A stretch of 64,000 bases of DNA. It comes from an uncultured candidate division Zixibacteria bacterium (lineage in GTDB: Bacteria > Zixibacteria > MSB-5A5 > GN15 > PGXB01). The notes below the pieces were generated by a model. It was not told where the DNA came from. It worked only from the letters and a program-made list of their open reading frames with translations, and ran no database searches. The DNA lies in NCBI GenBank assembly GCA_963702205.1, contig OY969724.1:2944001-3008000 (forward strand), given 5' to 3'. A program made the translations under genes and the position numbers. Numbering within the stretch: position 1 is the first letter of the stretch; each line of letters opens with the position of its first letter. Positions 9,802 through 19,966 of this stretch are shown here, piece by piece.

Positions 9802-11205
9802 TTGGACAAATGTCAACGCCCGCTTTGGACAATTCTGGCGGCATGCCTTGCCGCAATTGTCCTGATCGGTCCTGCGTTTGCAGCCGGGAATTATACCCTG
9901 GCTCTAAATCCGGGCATTGCGGCGCCACCGGTGACCGACAGCCCGGCGAAGGACATTAAGGCAAACCCGAATTACACCGGGCATCTGCGCATCTACGTAA
10001 CCGAGAAAATCTCCCGCTGGGCTGATTATTCCGGGGTCAAGTACGACAATGCGTTTCTGGACTTTGCCTATGAAGGCAATCTGAACCTCCCGTATCAGGG
10101 CTCTTTGACGGATACCATACTATGGGATGGCTCGCAATTGTGGTCCGATCTCCAGGCCAGTAATGTCAGAATTATGGCGGTTGTTTTCAATCCCGACGGG
10201 GTTCTCAGTTACAGCGATAATCAAAACCCCCACTCTAACCCCTTTACGGCCTATCAGGCGGATGCCACCGCCGCGGCCGATGAAACCGAGACATGGCCGA
10301 ATGTAACGGATTATCCCGGTTTCACGCATACGGTATTTATCGAAGAAGGCACGAGGACTACGTGACAATACTGCCCTCGGGCAAGAAGTGCGTTGCACTT
10401 CATAGATCTCTTCGATGATTATCCGTTTTTCTACGCGGCCATGGTCTGGAACAGAAACACCAAGGCCCAGGACAGACTTTACGGCGATTATAATTATTAT
10501 GCCGATCCTACCTGCTTTTATGACGGCGGCCATATGAATCTGGTGGGTGGCTATGTCGAACAAGACCCTTACCGTGATTTGATTATTGACGCCGGAGCGG
10601 TTGACGTCCACGACCTCGGTCTCGAAGTCAGCTGGACGTGGAAAGGCGGCGGCATAATCGAAATCTACTTCACCGTAACCAACAACGAACTGATTAACAA
10701 CGCTCCCATCGCCCCGAGCGAACCGATCGGACCCAGCGACGGCAATGCTGGAACCGAATATCAGTTTCAGGCATCCACGCTCGACGGCGAAGATAATGAA
10801 ATCTATTATATGTGGGATTGGGGTAATGGAGACTTCTCCGCATGGGAAGGTCCGTACAGCTCCGGGGAAACCTGCACCGAGCCGTATACATGGTTCGATG
10901 CCGGAACATACGACGTCCGGGTAAAAGCTAAAGATTCGTGGGATGCTGAAAGCGACTGGAGTTCGCCTTTGCCGATTGACGTTATTTCATTCGTATGCGG
11001 TGACGCCAGCGGCGACCAGCAGATCAACCTTCTGGATATTTTGTATTTGATTGCCTACAAATACAACGATCCGGCCGGACCGGCTCCCGACCCTGAGGAA
11101 GCCGGTGACGCCAATGGCGACGGCAGCGTCAATCTTCTGGATATACTTTATTTGATCGCAAATAAGTACAATACTCCTCCGGGACCGGATCCGGTTTGCC
11201 CGTAA
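9802..11205 (+). CDS. Secreted thioredoxin-fold/Omp28-like selenoprotein (UxxC) with PKD and dockerin-like domains, 467 aa, Sec at residue 188
   Basis: ORFs 9802-10365 and 10393-11205 share a frame. Read-through gives VFIEEGTRTT-U-QYCPRARSAL. Signal peptide at the N-terminus, PKD (YYMWDWGNG...YDVRVKAKD), paired GDAxGD.INLLDILYLI repeats. Confidence 0.8.
10372..10401 (+). promoter_or_regulatory. Candidate bacterial SECIS element
   Basis: Perfect 7-bp hairpin GAAGTGC-GTT-GCACTTC (10385-10401). Its G-initiated loop lies 26 nt after the TGA at 10363-10365, and a small hairpin TGCCC-TC-GGGCA precedes it. Confidence 0.65.
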
Positions 11206-11227
11206 CCGGATATCTACTTCAAACAGG

Positions 11228-11255
11228 AAGGGGACAAGATTTTGTCCCCTTTTTT
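11228..11255 (+). terminator. Rho-independent terminator
   Basis: AAGGGGACAA-GATT-TTGTCCCCTT followed by a T run. Confidence 0.8.
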
Positions 11256-11307
11256 AATGTGCAAAATCGGCCTTTTATTTTCCCGCATTATTGTGTTATA
11301 TATAGGC

Positions 11308-12945
11308 ATGAAAATAACGCTGGCCCAATTGAACCCGACCGTCGGAGCCATCGAGCAAAATCTCGAAAAGGCAGTTGACGTAATAAAAAACAACGCCGCC
11401 CGAACCGACCTGATAATCTTCTCCGAGCTGTACCTGACCGGTTATCCCCCGCGAGACCTGTTGTTCACTCACGGTTTTATGGATCGCGTGGATTCGGCGC
11501 GGCAAAAGTTGATGGATGTTACCAGCGGATATCCCGAAATCGGCATTGTTATGGGCCTTCCGACCAGAAAAGATAATGGAAACGGTCACCGAATGCATAA
11601 TTCGGCGGTGGTTTTACGAAACGGAAAGATCCTCGCGACCCGTCACAAAAGCCTGCTGCCTTCTTATGATGTTTTCGATGAGCCTCGTTATTTTGATCCC
11701 GCCGACGAAATCGCACCCGTGGAGTTTAAAAACCATCGTCCGGGGATTTCGATTTGTGAGGATTACTGGAACGAGCCCGAGTTATGGCCTTTTGGAGGCT
11801 ACAGTGTCGACCCGATAGAAAAACTCGCCGGTGCCGGGGCGGATATTTTCATAAATATTTCGGCCTCACCGTTTGTTCTGGGCAAGGATGAACTAAGAAA
11901 ACGATTGATCGGCAATCATGTGGCGCAACATAAACGAGCTTTTATATTCGTCAATCAGGTCGGCGGAAATGATGAGTTGATTTTCGACGGCCACAGCCTG
12001 TGTTTCGATGACAAGGGGCGAATTGTCGCGGAGCTCCCCGCGTTCGAGGAAAACGTAGTAACTCTTGATCTGGCGACAGATAATAAACCGGTGGATGCAC
12101 AACCGACCGATAAAGCCGAGCAGGCTTATAAGGGGCTTCTGTTGGGCGTGCAGGATTATATGGGCAAGACCGGTTTTACAAAGGCGGTCATAGGACTTTC
12201 CGGCGGAATCGATTCGGCGGTGGTTTGTACTCTGGCAGTCCGGGCCCTCGGGCCGGAAAACGTTACGGCGATCTCTATGCCGTCGGATTATACATCGGGC
12301 CTCAGCAAAAGCGCCGCCGCCGGGCTGGCCAAAAATCTCGGCATAGAATTTCTGACCGTTCCGATAAGCTCGATATATCAATCGTACCTCAAAGAATTGA
12401 AAAGCAGCTTGAATTCGGACGGTATGGACGTGGCTCTGGAGAATATTCAGGCCCGCATTCGCGGGAACATCCTGATGGCTTTTTCCAATCGTCACGGCCA
12501 CCTGTTGCTTACGACCGGAAACAAGAGCGAGATGGCGACCGGTTACTGCACGTTGTATGGTGACATGGCCGGAGGGTTGGCCGTTATATCAGACGTGCCC
12601 AAAACCATGGTTTATGAGCTGGCTGGTTTCATCAATCGAGCCGAAGAAGTGATTCCGCTCGAAATAATCGAACGCCCCCCGTCGGCAGAACTCAGACCCG
12701 ATCAAACCGATCAGGATACTCTTCCTCCCTATGAAGTCCTTGATGCCATTCTGCACTATTATATAGAAGAGGGGCTCAGCGCCAAAGAAATTACCGGAAA
12801 AGGTCACGATGCCGACACGGTTAAGTGGGTCATTCGGGCCATCAACAAAAACGAGTACAAGCGCCGCCAGGCTCCTCCCGGGTTGAAAATAACGTCCAAA
12901 GCTTTCGGGGCAGGTCGGCGTATGCCTATCGCCGCCAAATACTGA
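11308..12945 (+). CDS. nadE: Glutamine-dependent NAD+ synthetase
   Basis: N-terminal nitrilase-type domain (ELYLTGYPP, ICEDYW), SGGIDS, NIQARIR, TGNKSE, PSAELRPDQTD. Confidence 0.95.
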   Translation: MKITLAQLNPTVGAIEQNLEKAVDVIKNNAARTDLIIFSELYLTGYPPRDLLFTHGFMDRVDSARQKLMDVTSGYPEIGIVMGLPTRKDNGNGHRMHNSAVVLRNGKILATRHKSLLPSYDVFDEPRYFDPADEIAPVEFKNHRPGISICEDYWNEPELWPFGGYSVDPIEKLAGAGADIFINISASPFVLGKDELRKRLIGNHVAQHKRAFIFVNQVGGNDELIFDGHSLCFDDKGRIVAELPAFEENVVTLDLATDNKPVDAQPTDKAEQAYKGLLLGVQDYMGKTGFTKAVIGLSGGIDSAVVCTLAVRALGPENVTAISMPSDYTSGLSKSAAAGLAKNLGIEFLTVPISSIYQSYLKELKSSLNSDGMDVALENIQARIRGNILMAFSNRHGHLLLTTGNKSEMATGYCTLYGDMAGGLAVISDVPKTMVYELAGFINRAEEVIPLEIIERPPSAELRPDQTDQDTLPPYEVLDAILHYYIEEGLSAKEITGKGHDADTVKWVIRAINKNEYKRRQAPPGLKITSKAFGAGRRMPIAAKY

Positions 12946-12956
12946 TTTCCAATAAA

Positions 12957-13883
12957 ATGATAAAATTAATTCTGACAATATTGATCTACTGCAGTTTTTC
13001 CATGACATTTGCGGCTGTTGATAGTGCGGACGCCGATGACAAGCCAACACCCTACGGTGAAACCGTCATGGAATTTTCCGATGGTCGTTTTTTTGTCATG
13101 GGTCACGTTGAAGGCAGTCGTGTGGGGCGTTTCCTGGTCGACCTTGGGGCATCCAATACGATCATTGCCCGTTCGGCGCTTGGCACGTCGGTTGATATGC
13201 AGGGCCTCGACGACGAACATTTACCTGCCATCATGGGTCTGCAGGGGAAAATCACTGACATAAAAGCCAGGGTCAATCCCGGGTATTTTAAAACCGGCAC
13301 GATTCGCATCAAAAACATAACGGCGTTCGTGGTCGATTCCCTGATGCAAATCGGCGACAGGGATGTTTCGGGCATCATCGGTCTCGATCTTTTGGGCCGT
13401 GCCCCGTGCCTTGGAATAATGATGTTATCCGGCCGAAAACCCGAATACGTACTGGAAATGGGTGGTTGTGATGAAAGCAGGGTCGACAGCACTACCTTCG
13501 ATTCACTGATGATACGAAACGACTATATAATAATTCCCGGAGCGATAAACGGACATCCGCTCTCGTTCATACTCGATACGGGGATGAAAAATTCACTTAT
13601 CACCCCGGAGGCGGCAAATGAAAGCCGTGTCATTTTAGATAGTAATTTCATAATGGTATATCAGGGGCTTGACCGCGTGTCCGATACCGCCATAGCCGGG
13701 CATGCTTCAAATGCGACTCTCGGAAATGCCCGGGTTGATCGTATCGGGTTGTATGTCGGCAACGTCCCCGCGGTACAAGGGGAATCGTTTCGTACCGAAG
13801 GAATATTGGGCAACGATATACTAACCCGTTTTCAGCGGCTGGAAATCGATTTCTCCCGGCAACGTTTCCGGCTGACACCATAG
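12957..13883 (+). CDS. Secreted aspartyl protease with two retropepsin-like domains
   Basis: Signal peptide, FLVDLGA...GIIGLDLL and FILDTGM...GILGNDIL. Confidence 0.8.
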   Translation: MIKLILTILIYCSFSMTFAAVDSADADDKPTPYGETVMEFSDGRFFVMGHVEGSRVGRFLVDLGASNTIIARSALGTSVDMQGLDDEHLPAIMGLQGKITDIKARVNPGYFKTGTIRIKNITAFVVDSLMQIGDRDVSGIIGLDLLGRAPCLGIMMLSGRKPEYVLEMGGCDESRVDSTTFDSLMIRNDYIIIPGAINGHPLSFILDTGMKNSLITPEAANESRVILDSNFIMVYQGLDRVSDTAIAGHASNATLGNARVDRIGLYVGNVPAVQGESFRTEGILGNDILTRFQRLEIDFSRQRFRLTP

Positions 13884-13893
13884 GTTAACATAT

Positions 13894-14538
13894 ATGTCAA
13901 AAGGAAAACTCGCCAAATTCGCCGATCTCAAGACGTTTGGAAACGTTTTTGAGCAGCTTCCTCTACCCAGGGGTCAATGGGCCGGGTATTTCGGTAATAA
14001 CAATGATATCGTCCTGGAGCTGGCCTGCGGCAAGGCGGAGTATACTATCAACCTGGCCCTGCGGCACCCCGACCGCAATTACATCGGGATAGACCTCAAA
14101 GGCGCTCGTATCTGGCGTGGAGCCAAAACCGCCGAGGAAATGGATATATATAATGCAGCGTTTATAAGAAATAGAATCGAGCTATTGACGGAATATTTTG
14201 ATAGAGATGAAATCTCCGAAATCTGGATTACCTTTCCCGATCCGTACCCCAGACCGTGCAAGTCACAAAAAAGACTGACATCGGCTCGCTTTTTGACATT
14301 ATATGGTCAGGTCCTGAAAAAGGACGGATTGATTCATTTGAAAACCGACGCCGACGGCCTGTTCGATTTTACGCTGGAAACCATTGATGAAGAAAAATGC
14401 CGCATACACGAGATGACCCGCGATTTGTACGCCGCTCCGATCAATAATAAGGATTTGTTGATTCAGACAACGTTCGAAAAAAGCCATTTATTGAACAAAC
14501 GGACGATAAAATACGTCTCTTTCCGCCTTCCCGGCTGA
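13894..14538 (+). CDS. trmB: tRNA (guanine-N7)-methyltransferase
   Basis: LELACGKAEY, IWITFPDP, HLKTD, QTTFEK. Confidence 0.93.
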   Translation: MSKGKLAKFADLKTFGNVFEQLPLPRGQWAGYFGNNNDIVLELACGKAEYTINLALRHPDRNYIGIDLKGARIWRGAKTAEEMDIYNAAFIRNRIELLTEYFDRDEISEIWITFPDPYPRPCKSQKRLTSARFLTLYGQVLKKDGLIHLKTDADGLFDFTLETIDEEKCRIHEMTRDLYAAPINNKDLLIQTTFEKSHLLNKRTIKYVSFRLPG

Positions 14539-14586
14539 ATCAGAAACTAAAACTCGCTGCAAATTTAAAATACGACTCATAATCAC

Positions 14587-14615
14587 TTGACAAAATAAAT
14601 CGCATCTAATATTAT
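14587..14615 (+). promoter_or_regulatory. Sigma70-like promoter of qmoAB
   Basis: TTGACA-17 nt-TATTAT. Confidence 0.65.
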
Positions 14616-14674
14616 CAATAACAAATATTTTGGACGAAAAGCGGCAGAGAAATCTGCTTTTTAAATGGAAGTAT

Positions 14675-14692
14675 TTGTTAAAAATTTCACAA
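14675..14692. promoter_or_regulatory. Rex/CRP-like palindrome upstream of qmoA
   Basis: TTGTTAA-AAAT-TTCACAA. Confidence 0.65.
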
Positions 14693-14764
14693 GCGGCACC
14701 GAAAAGACGTATAATGCTATAAAGGCCTGCCCTGCATTCGGGCCGGCAAACAAGGAGATGTGAA

Positions 14765-16042
14765 ATGGCTGAGTTTGAACCGCGCGAGGATACCATCACA
14801 GCCGATACTCTTGTGGTCGGTGGCGGTATCGCCGGTATGACGACAGCAATCGAAACAGCCGAGGTTGGTAAGGAAGTAATTCTGGCCGAGATGCTCCCCT
14901 CTTTGGGCGGACGCGTCGCCGGCACGAATAAATATTTCCCAAAGCTTTGTCCGCCGACCTGCGGCATCGAGATTAATCTTAGAAGAATTCGTTCCAATCG
15001 CAACGTCCGCGTCCTGACGCTGGCCAAAGTCGATAATATCACGGGCGAGCCGGGTAATTATGAGGCACAGATAACGCTGACGCCGCGCTTCATCAACGAA
15101 AAATGCACGGCCTGCGGCGAGTGCGAAAAGGTTTGCGAGATCGAACGCGATAACGAGTTTAATTATAACCTGGATAAAACCAAGGCGGTTTATCTTCCCC
15201 ACAGTGTGGCCTACCCGTTTCGCTATGTCATCGACCCGCAGTACGCCTCCGATGAACGGATGAAAAAATGTGCCGATGCCTGCGTGTACGGCGCCATCGA
15301 ACTCGATATGAAACCGCGCACGATCACGGCTAAAGTCAAGGCGGTGGTATGGTGCACCGGCTGGCGTCCGTACGATGCCACGAAAATCGAAAATCTCGGT
15401 TTCGGTAAAGTCAAAAATGTCATCACCAATGTCATCATGGAACGTCTGGCGTCGGAAAGCGGTCCGACCCGGGGCAAAATAGTCCGGCCGTCGGACGGCA
15501 AAGAAATAACGAAAATCGGATTCGTGCAGTGCGCCGGGTCCCGCGATGAAAATCACCTGCCGTACTGTTCGTCGGTGTGCTGTTTGGGGTCGATGAAGCA
15601 GGGCACATACATTCGCGAACGTTATCCCCAAGCCGAAATACACCTGTTTTATATCGACGTGCGCTCGCCGGGACGGATGGAAGATTTTTATGTCAAGCAA
15701 CAGGATGACGAAAAGTTTCATTTTCACCGGGGCAAGGTGGCCAAAGTAACCGAAAATCCCGCCAACGGCAACGTCATTCTCGAAGCCGAGAACACGATGA
15801 CCGGAGAAATCACTAAGATGGAAGTCGATATGGCGGTGCTGGCGGTCGGGATGGTCCCGAATACCGCCGATACGCCTCCCCCGCTCGACACTCCTCTGGA
15901 TGAATTCGGGTTCATTATTCCCGATACCGGCCAAGGAGTAATCGGAGCCGGAACCAGTATACGGCCAATGGAAGTGGCGGCGTCCGTGCAGGATGCCACC
16001 GGTGCGGCCCTGAAAGCCATCAACCACGGGATGAGGAGGTAG
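14765..16042 (+). CDS. qmoA: Quinone-interacting membrane-bound oxidoreductase subunit A (HdrA-like)
   Basis: GGGIAG, YFPKLCPPTCG, QCAGSRDENHLPYCSSVCC. Directly precedes qmoB. Confidence 0.92.
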   Translation: MAEFEPREDTITADTLVVGGGIAGMTTAIETAEVGKEVILAEMLPSLGGRVAGTNKYFPKLCPPTCGIEINLRRIRSNRNVRVLTLAKVDNITGEPGNYEAQITLTPRFINEKCTACGECEKVCEIERDNEFNYNLDKTKAVYLPHSVAYPFRYVIDPQYASDERMKKCADACVYGAIELDMKPRTITAKVKAVVWCTGWRPYDATKIENLGFGKVKNVITNVIMERLASESGPTRGKIVRPSDGKEITKIGFVQCAGSRDENHLPYCSSVCCLGSMKQGTYIRERYPQAEIHLFYIDVRSPGRMEDFYVKQQDDEKFHFHRGKVAKVTENPANGNVILEAENTMTGEITKMEVDMAVLAVGMVPNTADTPPPLDTPLDEFGFIIPDTGQGVIGAGTSIRPMEVAASVQDATGAALKAINHGMRR

Positions 16043-16046
16043 CACC

Positions 16047-18281
16047 ATGGAACCAAAAATCGGATGTTATATCTGCAAGGGCTGTGACATCGCCCAATCG
16101 GTCGACGTCGATAAATTAATCAATGCCGCCAAAGAAAAGAAGGCGGGAGTATGCCGCACCCACGATGCTTTCTGCAATCCCGAAGGTCTGGAAATAATTA
16201 AAAACGACATCAAGAACGAAGGCGTTAATAAAGTCGTTCTGGGGGCTTGTTCGCCTCGTGTCTTTCCGGAAATTTTCGATTTCGGCGAGGACATACTGGT
16301 CGATCGTGCCGTCCTCAGAGAACACGTCGTCTGGTGTCATCCGCCGAATGACGAAGACACCCAGATGCTGGCCGAGGACGTCATCCGCATGTCGATGGCC
16401 AAGGTCGAAGCGACCAGTGTTCCCGTACCACTTATCGAAGACACCAGCAAAGACATTCTGGTGATCGGCGGCGGCATGACCGGTATGAACGCGGCCCTGG
16501 CCGCAGGCGACGCCGGGTACAAAGTGACGCTGGTCGAGAAGGAAGACAAGCTGGGCGGCTGGGCGACCACATACAAAAAAGTCTTTCCGAAGGTTCCGCC
16601 GTATCAGGAACTTCAGGATTCCGGTGTCGAGACTTTAATCGATCAGGTACAGAAACACGAAAATATAACGATCAAAACCGGATGCAAGGTCGACAAGACC
16701 AAAGGCCAGCCCGGCAAATTTCAAGTGACATTCAGCGGCGCGGCCGAGCCGACGATGTTCGGTTCGATAGTGCAGGCGACCGGATGGAAACCGTACGATA
16801 CCGCCAAGCTGGATTATCTCGGTTACGGCAAATCTCCGAACGTCGTCACCAACCTCGAACTTGAAAAAATGGTCGCGAACGGCGGAATCAAGAAACCGTC
16901 GGACGACAAACCGGTCGACAGCATTGCTTTCATTCAGTGTGCCGGATCGCGCGATCAGGATCATCTCCCCTATTGTTCTGCGGTTTGTTGCCGCGTGTCG
17001 CTGAAACAGGCGATGTACGTCAGGGAACAGTATCCTGACGCCAAGATCTATATCATATATAAGGACCTGCGCTCGCCGCAGCAGTACGAACTGTTTTACC
17101 AGTACGCCCAGAACGATGACGGCTTGTTTTTGACCAAGGGCGAAATCGCCGAAGTACGGGCCAGCAACGGTTCGGTCGAGATCGACGTCGAGGAGACTCT
17201 GCTCGGCGAAGACATAACGATCAAAGCCGACATGCTCGTGCTGGCGGCCGGAATGGTGCCGACGACCAAGGTCGAAACCGCTCCGGTTCCGGCCGAAGGC
17301 GAAGAAGCGGCAGAGCAACCGGCCGATGACGGCAAGACCGAAGACGGTAAGAAAGCCGCCGAAAGCGCCGAAAAAGGTGCGAAAATATTGAACCTAGCAT
17401 ACCGCCAGGGCACCGACCTGCCGACGCTAAAATACGGTTTTCCCGATTCACATTTCATTTGTTTCCCGTACGAAACGCGCCGTACCGCCATCTATGCCGC
17501 GGGATGCGTCCGCGCTCCCATGGATTTGTCCACGGCTCAAAACGACGCTTACGGTGCGGCTTTGAAGGCGATTCAGGCGGTCGAAGCGATTTCGCAGGGC
17601 AAAGCGGTGCATCCTCGGGCCGGCGATCTCAGTTATCCCGACTTCATGATGCAGAAGTGCACGCAGTGCAAGCGCTGCACCGAGGAATGTCCGTTCGGAG
17701 CTCTCGATGAAGACGACAAGGGCACGCCTCTTCCCAACCTGTACCGGTGCCGTCGCTGCGGCGTCTGTTTGGGTGCCTGTCCCGAGCGCATTATATCGTT
17801 CAAGAATTACAGCGTACGTATGGTATCGCAGATGATTCGTTCGATTCCCATACCGGACGAATTCGACGAGAAACCTCGCGTCCTCGCATTCATATGTGAA
17901 AACGACGCGCTGCCCGCGGTCGATTACGCCGGAATCAGGAGAATGCAGTACAACTCGATGATTCGCATCATCCCGTTGCGCTGCCTCGGTTCGATGAACT
18001 CCGTCTGGGTCAGCGACGCTCTGGCCAGCGGCTACGACGGGGTTCTGTTGATTGGCTGCAAGAAGGGCGACGATTATCAGTGCCACTTCATTCGCGGCAG
18101 CGAATTGGCCGACTACCGCATGGAAAACGTCCGCGAGAAGCTTAAACAACTGGTGCTCGAAGAAGAGCGGGTCGAATTCCACGAGTTGGCTATAACCGAT
18201 TATGACAAAATACCGAAAATCTTCGATGATTTTCTGGAGACAATGGATCGGGTCGGACCTAATCCATATAAGGGAATGTAG
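16047..18281 (+). CDS. qmoB: QmoB (HdrA-like plus MvhD domain)
   Basis: ACSPR, QCAGSRD, GFPDSHFICFPYETRRT, two ferredoxin motifs, C-terminal MvhD-like GCKKGDDYQCHF...GPNPYKGM. Confidence 0.93.
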   Translation: MEPKIGCYICKGCDIAQSVDVDKLINAAKEKKAGVCRTHDAFCNPEGLEIIKNDIKNEGVNKVVLGACSPRVFPEIFDFGEDILVDRAVLREHVVWCHPPNDEDTQMLAEDVIRMSMAKVEATSVPVPLIEDTSKDILVIGGGMTGMNAALAAGDAGYKVTLVEKEDKLGGWATTYKKVFPKVPPYQELQDSGVETLIDQVQKHENITIKTGCKVDKTKGQPGKFQVTFSGAAEPTMFGSIVQATGWKPYDTAKLDYLGYGKSPNVVTNLELEKMVANGGIKKPSDDKPVDSIAFIQCAGSRDQDHLPYCSAVCCRVSLKQAMYVREQYPDAKIYIIYKDLRSPQQYELFYQYAQNDDGLFLTKGEIAEVRASNGSVEIDVEETLLGEDITIKADMLVLAAGMVPTTKVETAPVPAEGEEAAEQPADDGKTEDGKKAAESAEKGAKILNLAYRQGTDLPTLKYGFPDSHFICFPYETRRTAIYAAGCVRAPMDLSTAQNDAYGAALKAIQAVEAISQGKAVHPRAGDLSYPDFMMQKCTQCKRCTEECPFGALDEDDKGTPLPNLYRCRRCGVCLGACPERIISFKNYSVRMVSQMIRSIPIPDEFDEKPRVLAFICENDALPAVDYAGIRRMQYNSMIRIIPLRCLGSMNSVWVSDALASGYDGVLLIGCKKGDDYQCHFIRGSELADYRMENVREKLKQLVLEEERVEFHELAITDYDKIPKIFDDFLETMDRVGPNPYKGM

Positions 18282-18302
18282 GATTAAATTCCTGCGATTT
18301 TT

Positions 18303-18329
18303 AAAAGGACCCCAATGGGGTCCTTTTTT
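18303..18329 (+). terminator. Rho-independent terminator after qmoB
   Basis: AAAAGGACCCC-AAT-GGGGTCCTTTTTT. Confidence 0.85.
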
Positions 18330-18488
18330 ATATACGAAAGTATACCCCTACCTTGAAATTTCCGGCTCCGGTCCCAAAATCCATAATTATATAAAATCTC
18401 CCCGAATTACCATTTTTGAAAATAAGACTGTTTTGGACTTAATTCTATCGCACTGACACATAACACATTATAACACAATATGATATAA

Positions 18489-18557
18489 TTGTGAATTATT
18501 TCCCAAGCCTGCCGATAAAAATATATGGAAAGGCAAAGATAATGAAATTTTTCACAA
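18489..18557. promoter_or_regulatory. Two Rex/CRP-like palindromes upstream of the dsr operon
   Basis: TTGTGAA-TTAT-TTCCCAA (18489-18506) and TAATGAA-ATTT-TTCACAA (18540-18557). Confidence 0.6.
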
Positions 18558-18564
18558 AATACTC

Positions 18565-18593
18565 TTGACTTGGGTTGCAAAATAAGTTACTTT
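18565..18593 (+). promoter_or_regulatory. Sigma70-like promoter of the dsr operon
   Basis: TTGACT-17 nt-TACTTT. Confidence 0.6.
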
Positions 18594-18621
18594 TGGAACT
18601 TAGTAAATAGGAGGAAACCGC

Positions 18622-18693
18622 ATGGCCGGACATCTCGCAAAATTAATCAAAGCGGGTTTGCCCAAGTCTGGCGGGTGGATTTTAAGAGGCTGA
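18622..18693 (+). CDS. Unannotated 23-aa leader ORF MAGHLAKLIKAGLPKSGGWILRG
   Basis: Perfect AGGAGG (18609-18614) 7 nt before the ATG, just after the predicted transcription start. The stop is 49 nt before dsrA. Confidence 0.5.
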   Translation: MAGHLAKLIKAGLPKSGGWILRG

Positions 18694-18742
18694 ATAACAA
18701 AGATTTAATATAAGAGACACACTTTTCAATCAAGGAGTTGCA

Positions 18743-19927
18743 ATGGCGGATCTTCCGAATACCCCAAAGCTTGATGAGCTTGAGAAGGGTAAGTGGCCGA
18801 GCTTCGTAAAAGAAATCAAGATGGCGGCCAAAACGAGTCCCATGGCGGCGGACCTTCTCGGCCAGTTAGAGCAATCCTATACTGAAAAAATAGGACACTG
18901 GAAACATGGCGGTATTGTTGGCGTGATGGGTTATGGTGGCGGCGTTATCGGCCGTTATTCCGATTTGCCCGACAAGTGGCCCAATATTTCGCATTTCCAT
19001 ACTTTGCGTATTAACCAGCCGGCCGGTTGGTTCTATACGACAGAAGCTCTTCGCAAAATCTGTGATATCTGGGAAAAGCGCGGCTCCGGCCTTACCAACA
19101 TGCACGGCTCGACCGGCGATATCATTCTGCTCGGTACCACCACCGACCAGCTCGAACCGACCTTCACCGATCTGCAGGGCATCGATTTTGACATTGGCGG
19201 TTCCGGTTCCGACTTACGTACTCCCAGTTGCTGCTGCGGCATGGCCCGCTGCGAATGGGCCTGCTATGACACGATGGCTCTTACGCACGAATTAACCATG
19301 CATTATCAGGACGAATTGCACCGTCCGGCCTTCCCCTATAAATTCAAGTTCAAAATGTCCGGTTGTCCGAACGACTGCGTGGCCTCTATCGCCCGCTCCG
19401 ACCTTTCCATCATCGGTATCTGGCGCGACGACATCCAGATGGATCAGGCCGAAGTTAAAGCCTACGCCGACGGCGGCATGGATATCCAGGGGGAAGTCGT
19501 CGAAATGTGCCCCGGCAAGTGCATGGAATGGAACGGCAGTGAACTCAAGATCGAAAACAGCTTCTGCAAGAAGTGCATGCATTGCATAAATGTCATGCCC
19601 AAGGCTCTTCGTCCGGGCAAAGATCGCGGTGCCTGCCTGCTCCTGGGCGCCAAGGCTCCGATTATCGAGGGCGCCATGTTGTCTTCGGTTATCGTGCCGT
19701 TCGTGAAACTCGAGCCGCCGTATGACGATCTCAAAGAGTTGATTGACGCCATTTGGGATGTCTGGTGCGAAGAGGGCAAAAACCGCGAACGTGTCGGCGA
19801 ATTTATACAGCGTGTCGGCATGGGTAATTTCCTCGACGCCATCGGCATGGAACCGATTCCGGAGATGGTCGCCCATCCGCGGGAAAACCCATACGTTTTC
19901 TTCGGTGGCGAGGAAGATGAAGGATAA
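18743..19927 (+). CDS. dsrA: Dissimilatory sulfite reductase alpha subunit
   Basis: [21 protein letters not shown], siroheme-[4Fe-4S] motif CCGMARC...[14 protein letters not shown]. Confidence 0.98.
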   Translation: MADLPNTPKLDELEKGKWPSFVKEIKMAAKTSPMAADLLGQLEQSYTEKIGHWKHGGIVGVMGYGGGVIGRYSDLPDKWPNISHFHTLRINQPAGWFYTTEALRKICDIWEKRGSGLTNMHGSTGDIILLGTTTDQLEPTFTDLQGIDFDIGGSGSDLRTPSCCCGMARCEWACYDTMALTHELTMHYQDELHRPAFPYKFKFKMSGCPNDCVASIARSDLSIIGIWRDDIQMDQAEVKAYADGGMDIQGEVVEMCPGKCMEWNGSELKIENSFCKKCMHCINVMPKALRPGKDRGACLLLGAKAPIIEGAMLSSVIVPFVKLEPPYDDLKELIDAIWDVWCEEGKNRERVGEFIQRVGMGNFLDAIGMEPIPEMVAHPRENPYVFFGGEEDEG

Positions 19928-19966
19928 ACTACAAGATTAACCTAAAAGAAAATAGAGGTTTGAGAT

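Noticed and set aside
9605..9865. 86-aa ORF upstream of the selenoprotein
   Set aside because: AT-rich promoter/UTR sequence overlapping a TTGACA promoter, with no RBS or protein-like features.
14717..16048. Long antisense ORFs (for example 14717-16048, 19937-21037, 26259-27461, 30616-31701, 2864-3859)
   Set aside because: They are shadows of well-conserved genes on the opposite strand and carry no recognisable motifs.
17270..17385. Acidic Ala/Glu/Lys-rich insertion in QmoB as a possible intein or extra domain
   Set aside because: Only about 35 low-complexity residues with no intein motifs. Likely a flexible loop.
18455..18480. ATAACACA direct repeat upstream of dsrA
   Set aside because: Only two short copies in AT-rich DNA, not distinguishable from chance.
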